A model generated the notes under the pieces. It was not told where the DNA came from. It ran no database searches and saw only the letters and a list, made by a program, of their open reading frames with translations. The position numbers were made by a program, and so were the translations under genes. From Candidatus Cloacimonadales bacterium (GTDB taxonomy: Bacteria > Cloacimonadota > Cloacimonadia > Cloacimonadales > JAFGVF01), in the NCBI GenBank assembly GCA_963663475.2, contig CAXXJV010000001.1:1312001-1376000 (forward strand): DNA of 64,000 bases, written 5' to 3'. Position 1 is the first letter of the stretch. Each line of letters opens with the position of its first letter. Below, in pieces: positions 60,985 to 64,000 of this stretch.

Positions 60985-61659
60985 ATGACCAACAGAGAGT
61001 TATATATCAAAGCTGTAGAGTTAGTAGGTAAGGAAGTAATGGAAGTCAAGCAGAGGCAGTTCTTACAGAGGATAATTAAGAAGAACCAAGCCCCTAAATC
61101 CCCTAAAGGGGACTTTGATAAGATGGGAATGAAGAATGAGATATACCAGGAAATAATCACTTATTTAAATAACCTGTCAGGTAAACAATTTCGTTGGAAT
61201 ACTCCAGAGACTAAAGCTTTAATCAGAGCCAGATTAAACGAAGGTTTTACAGTAAAAGAATTTAAACAGGTTATAGATATTAAGTGTAAGCAATGGCTGA
61301 CAAATGAGTATTTTAAATTCTTAAGGCCGAAGACTCTTTTTGGTACTAAATTTGAGGGTTATCTGCAAGAATGGATAGTCTTTAAGAAGAAAGAAGAATA
61401 TCAAAGGAAAGAGCTCGAGAAAGCTAGGAGGATTGAGAGAGGACTTCCTGATGAAACTATTACTCCGGAAGAGTTGAAAAAACAAGAAGAGTGGAGAAAG
61501 CAAAGTAAAGAGCTCTTAGCTAAAGCTAGTGAAGAGGATTATAAGACCTTTTATAAGCAATTAAAGCCACCTTTTAAAGACATGGCCTATAAAAGGGGAT
61601 TGAAGGATAATCTTGTGAAGTTGTATTATATTCAGTGGTTAAAAATGAATAAAGACTGA
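60985..61659 (+). CDS. Conserved phage C-terminal (Phg_2220_C-like) domain protein
   Basis: IITYLN.L.GK.FR......LI.ARL.EGF...EFK.VID.K..QW......LRP.TLFG.KFEGYL. Confidence 0.8.
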   Translation: MTNRELYIKAVELVGKEVMEVKQRQFLQRIIKKNQAPKSPKGDFDKMGMKNEIYQEIITYLNNLSGKQFRWNTPETKALIRARLNEGFTVKEFKQVIDIKCKQWLTNEYFKFLRPKTLFGTKFEGYLQEWIVFKKKEEYQRKELEKARRIERGLPDETITPEELKKQEEWRKQSKELLAKASEEDYKTFYKQLKPPFKDMAYKRGLKDNLVKLYYIQWLKMNKD

Positions 61660-61845
61660 AGAGTTAGGAGTTAGGAGTTAGGAGTTTAAGAGGCTCACAC
61701 GAAGGCACGAAGACACGAAGAAGAAGACCAGTTGTCGGAAGTCGCTACTTCGTGAGCAAGACCTGTCATTAGAGTAATTAGTGTAATTAGCCTGGGTTGG
61801 CATAGCTTTAGCGACGCCACCTGGATAGATTAAAAGGAGTTGAAG

Positions 61846-63324
61846 ATGAGTAGGTTCGCCAAGATATTAGCAATTAGTAGAATAGCTAAAAAAACAGGTA
61901 ATAATGGCCTTTCCAAAAAAGACCAGGAGAAGTTGTTTAATGCCCTGGTAAAAGATATTACCACCCCGCCCAGGGGCACCCCTCCACAGAGGGGAATTAA
62001 AAAGAGCAATCTTTCTAATTTTACCAAAGTGGCAGAAGAGATAATGGGAGATAATCCCCAAGTAACAAAGTCTTATACAAAATTAGTAGAGAAATGGATA
62101 GAGCCTTATTCAGCAGGGCAAAAGCAGCTAATATTCAGTCAATACCAATCCTTTAGTCAAACAGCTTGGTTTCGTTCTTTAACTAATGACTATGTGTCTA
62201 ATCTGCAAGGAAGAGGAGTTACTAAGGTTCAAATCTTGGCTTATATGGATGACAGAACAACCGAGATATGCCAGGCCATGCACGGAAGAGTCTTTGATAT
62301 ATCTTCTTATAGCATTGACCCTGATTTTGTTACTTATGAGAAGATTGAGTCTATGGGTTATGGAAGTATGCCAACTAAAGATATGAAGGTAATGCTACCT
62401 CCTTATCATTTTAATTGCAGGACTACTTTTGTTACTTATGAAGAGGCGACTAATGATTTCGATAAAATCAAACAGAAAATATATGATGTAGAAAGTTTAA
62501 CAAGCAAAGATGTTAAAACGATTATGGAGCCTCTCAAGGGGGCTGAATGGCTTAATAAATCAAAAGAGAGCCAGCACTATCAGAAGCATGGGATTGACCA
62601 AGGCTTAAGCAGAGAGAAATACAAGCAACAAATTATTGACAGTTTACAAGACAATGATAATATGTACTTGGCAGTTAATAAAGGTAACAAAAACCTTACT
62701 TTAACAACGGTTAAATATCATCATCTAAGTGATAAAGGTGTTAAAAAATACCTATTTACTATCTTCCTGGTTAAAGAAGGCAAGGTTGTTACCAGTCATC
62801 TTAAGCCAGAGAATGAAGTTTTGCCAAAGGTTAAAGATAAGGCAATAAAAGTTGTTAGTATTAATAATGGTAAGCAAAGAATAATAAAGGAAGCTATCAT
62901 GAAAAAAGAAGATTATTGGAACAGGCATAACTCTTATGACAGCATTATAGCAGAGGTTGAGGATAACAAGAAGTGGGGTAATTATCCTCTCAACTGCCTT
63001 GTTACCTGGTACCAATATGTACCCAGTGAGTTAGAAGATGATGAAGACTGGCATTGGGAATTAGATAGATCTATTCCTGCCCGTTATGATATTCATATCC
63101 TGCTGATGAATGACTATAACTTCACCCAGGAAGAAAGAAACTTAATAGAGAGAACTGATAAAAAACTCTTAGATAACATTGATTATTACTTTAAGAAGAT
63201 TAAAGTTATAAGCCCAGATGAACTGGCAGAGTTTTTGATTTGGTTGCAGGAAGCGAGAGAAGCAGAGAAGAAAGAAGAGTCTCACACGAAGACACTAAGC
63301 CACGAAGAAAACACAAAAAAATAA
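61846..63324 (+). CDS. MuF/SPP1-gp7 head morphogenesis protein with C-terminal extension (candidate toxin + immunity-like domain)
   Basis: A.MDDRTT.IC..MHGRVF...PPYHFNCRT MuF motif; HYQKHG-containing basic domain; acidic tail with internal AAGGA-ATG at 62899. Confidence 0.78.
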   Translation: MSRFAKILAISRIAKKTGNNGLSKKDQEKLFNALVKDITTPPRGTPPQRGIKKSNLSNFTKVAEEIMGDNPQVTKSYTKLVEKWIEPYSAGQKQLIFSQYQSFSQTAWFRSLTNDYVSNLQGRGVTKVQILAYMDDRTTEICQAMHGRVFDISSYSIDPDFVTYEKIESMGYGSMPTKDMKVMLPPYHFNCRTTFVTYEEATNDFDKIKQKIYDVESLTSKDVKTIMEPLKGAEWLNKSKESQHYQKHGIDQGLSREKYKQQIIDSLQDNDNMYLAVNKGNKNLTLTTVKYHHLSDKGVKKYLFTIFLVKEGKVVTSHLKPENEVLPKVKDKAIKVVSINNGKQRIIKEAIMKKEDYWNRHNSYDSIIAEVEDNKKWGNYPLNCLVTWYQYVPSELEDDEDWHWELDRSIPARYDIHILLMNDYNFTQEERNLIERTDKKLLDNIDYYFKKIKVISPDELAEFLIWLQEAREAEKKEESHTKTLSHEENTKK

Positions 63325-63334
63325 AGGAGTTATT

Positions 63335-63880
63335 ATGAGAAAGTTAGTATTTATAGTGTGTTTGGTATTGTCGTTAATCCAATTAAATGCCAAAAATGAT
63401 GTTATAAGTCATACTGAGTTTGGCTGTACCTTGGGGCATTCAATAAACCAAAGAGGCTATACTGCTTCAGCATATCTGTTTAGCCGAAGTAAGTACAGTT
63501 CTAAATTTTCTCCATTTATAAAAGTTCTAATCGACTACAAAGGCGAACCTAAAGGTGTACTTATAGAAGATGAACCTTTTAGTTGGTGGGTTGATACAGG
63601 TAGAGAACTATATGAAAAACATATTATTTCTATTGGGAATGTTTATACTATAGACAGAAAATGCAGATATAAATTTGTTCCTTACTTAGGTTTTGGCTTT
63701 AAAGAAAATTTTATTCAGTGGGATTCATCCATTGGAGAGGTATTTTATTCTTCAAAATCTATTAATACTCTTGGTGAAGCTGGAGTAGATTTTCTGTTTG
63801 TGTATAAGCAATTACTTATTTCATTAGGTATTTCTGCTCAGGCAGGAGCTAATCTGGGGGTTGGATTTAGGTACTATTAA
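63335..63880 (+). CDS. Prophage-encoded small outer-membrane beta-barrel-like protein
   Basis: AAGGAG RBS, signal peptide, PYLGFG strand, C-terminal LGVGFRYY. Confidence 0.65.
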   Translation: MRKLVFIVCLVLSLIQLNAKNDVISHTEFGCTLGHSINQRGYTASAYLFSRSKYSSKFSPFIKVLIDYKGEPKGVLIEDEPFSWWVDTGRELYEKHIISIGNVYTIDRKCRYKFVPYLGFGFKENFIQWDSSIGEVFYSSKSINTLGEAGVDFLFVYKQLLISLGISAQAGANLGVGFRYY

Positions 63881-64000
63881 AAAATATCTTGACAGCGTGT
63901 AAAACACTGCACCCCTCATGGCAGTGAAGATGATATTAACGCAGGAATGATAGCTATAGTTCTTCGTGAACTATCTGATGAGGTAACTAAAGATTTGTTT

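Larger units (their letters stand above)
50887..64000 (+). mobile_element. Mu-like transposable prophage, left part (right end outside window)
   Basis: TG-initiated end with repeated binding-site motif, divergent repressor/Cro pair, MuA-like DDE transposase, GemA-like, DUF3164-like and MuF genes; visibly higher GC and different codon style. Confidence 0.8.

Noticed and set aside
836-63015. Short ORFs antisense to or nested in well-supported genes (e.g. 836-1084, 12186-12374, 18834-19151, 46344-48738 set, 51857-52118, 54363-54569, 61830-62061, 62752-63015)
   Set aside because: They are shadow frames of conserved genes with no RBS or recognisable motifs.

Overview
AT-rich bacterial chromosome segment. 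The FlgD-Ig/T9SS-type 'NYPNPFNPETTISY' C-termini suggest Candidatus Cloacimonadota or a related FCB lineage (inference). It has three parts. (1) 1-31.6 kb is housekeeping: purD, pncC/cinA, proS, hisC, a glycogen GH57/GT4/debranching operon, acyl-CoA ligase, htpG, 5 tRNAs and a fluoride riboswitch with a ~90-nt insertion ahead of a Na+/H+ antiporter. Several families of long intergenic hairpin/REP-like repeats occur here. (2) 31.9-43.6 kb is a tandem constant-variable-constant cassette array. A near-identical promoter, leader and signal peptide precede a variable small secreted protein ending in a DP...Q motif. A hairpin and a variable ~750-aa secreted protein with a near-identical C-terminal domain follow. 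(3) After a degenerate NtrC-like gene, tsaD and a 1560-aa SF1 helicase-nuclease, a Mu-like transposable prophage starts at ~50.9 kb and runs off the window. Its DDE transposase is split by an IS3 element and no MuB follows it. It carries stand-alone transposase-fragment genes, antisense genes, dense short repeats at gene junctions, and a MuF protein with an apparent toxin domain fused in frame to a separately initiable immunity-like domain. All calls come from reading the sequence; no database searches were run.
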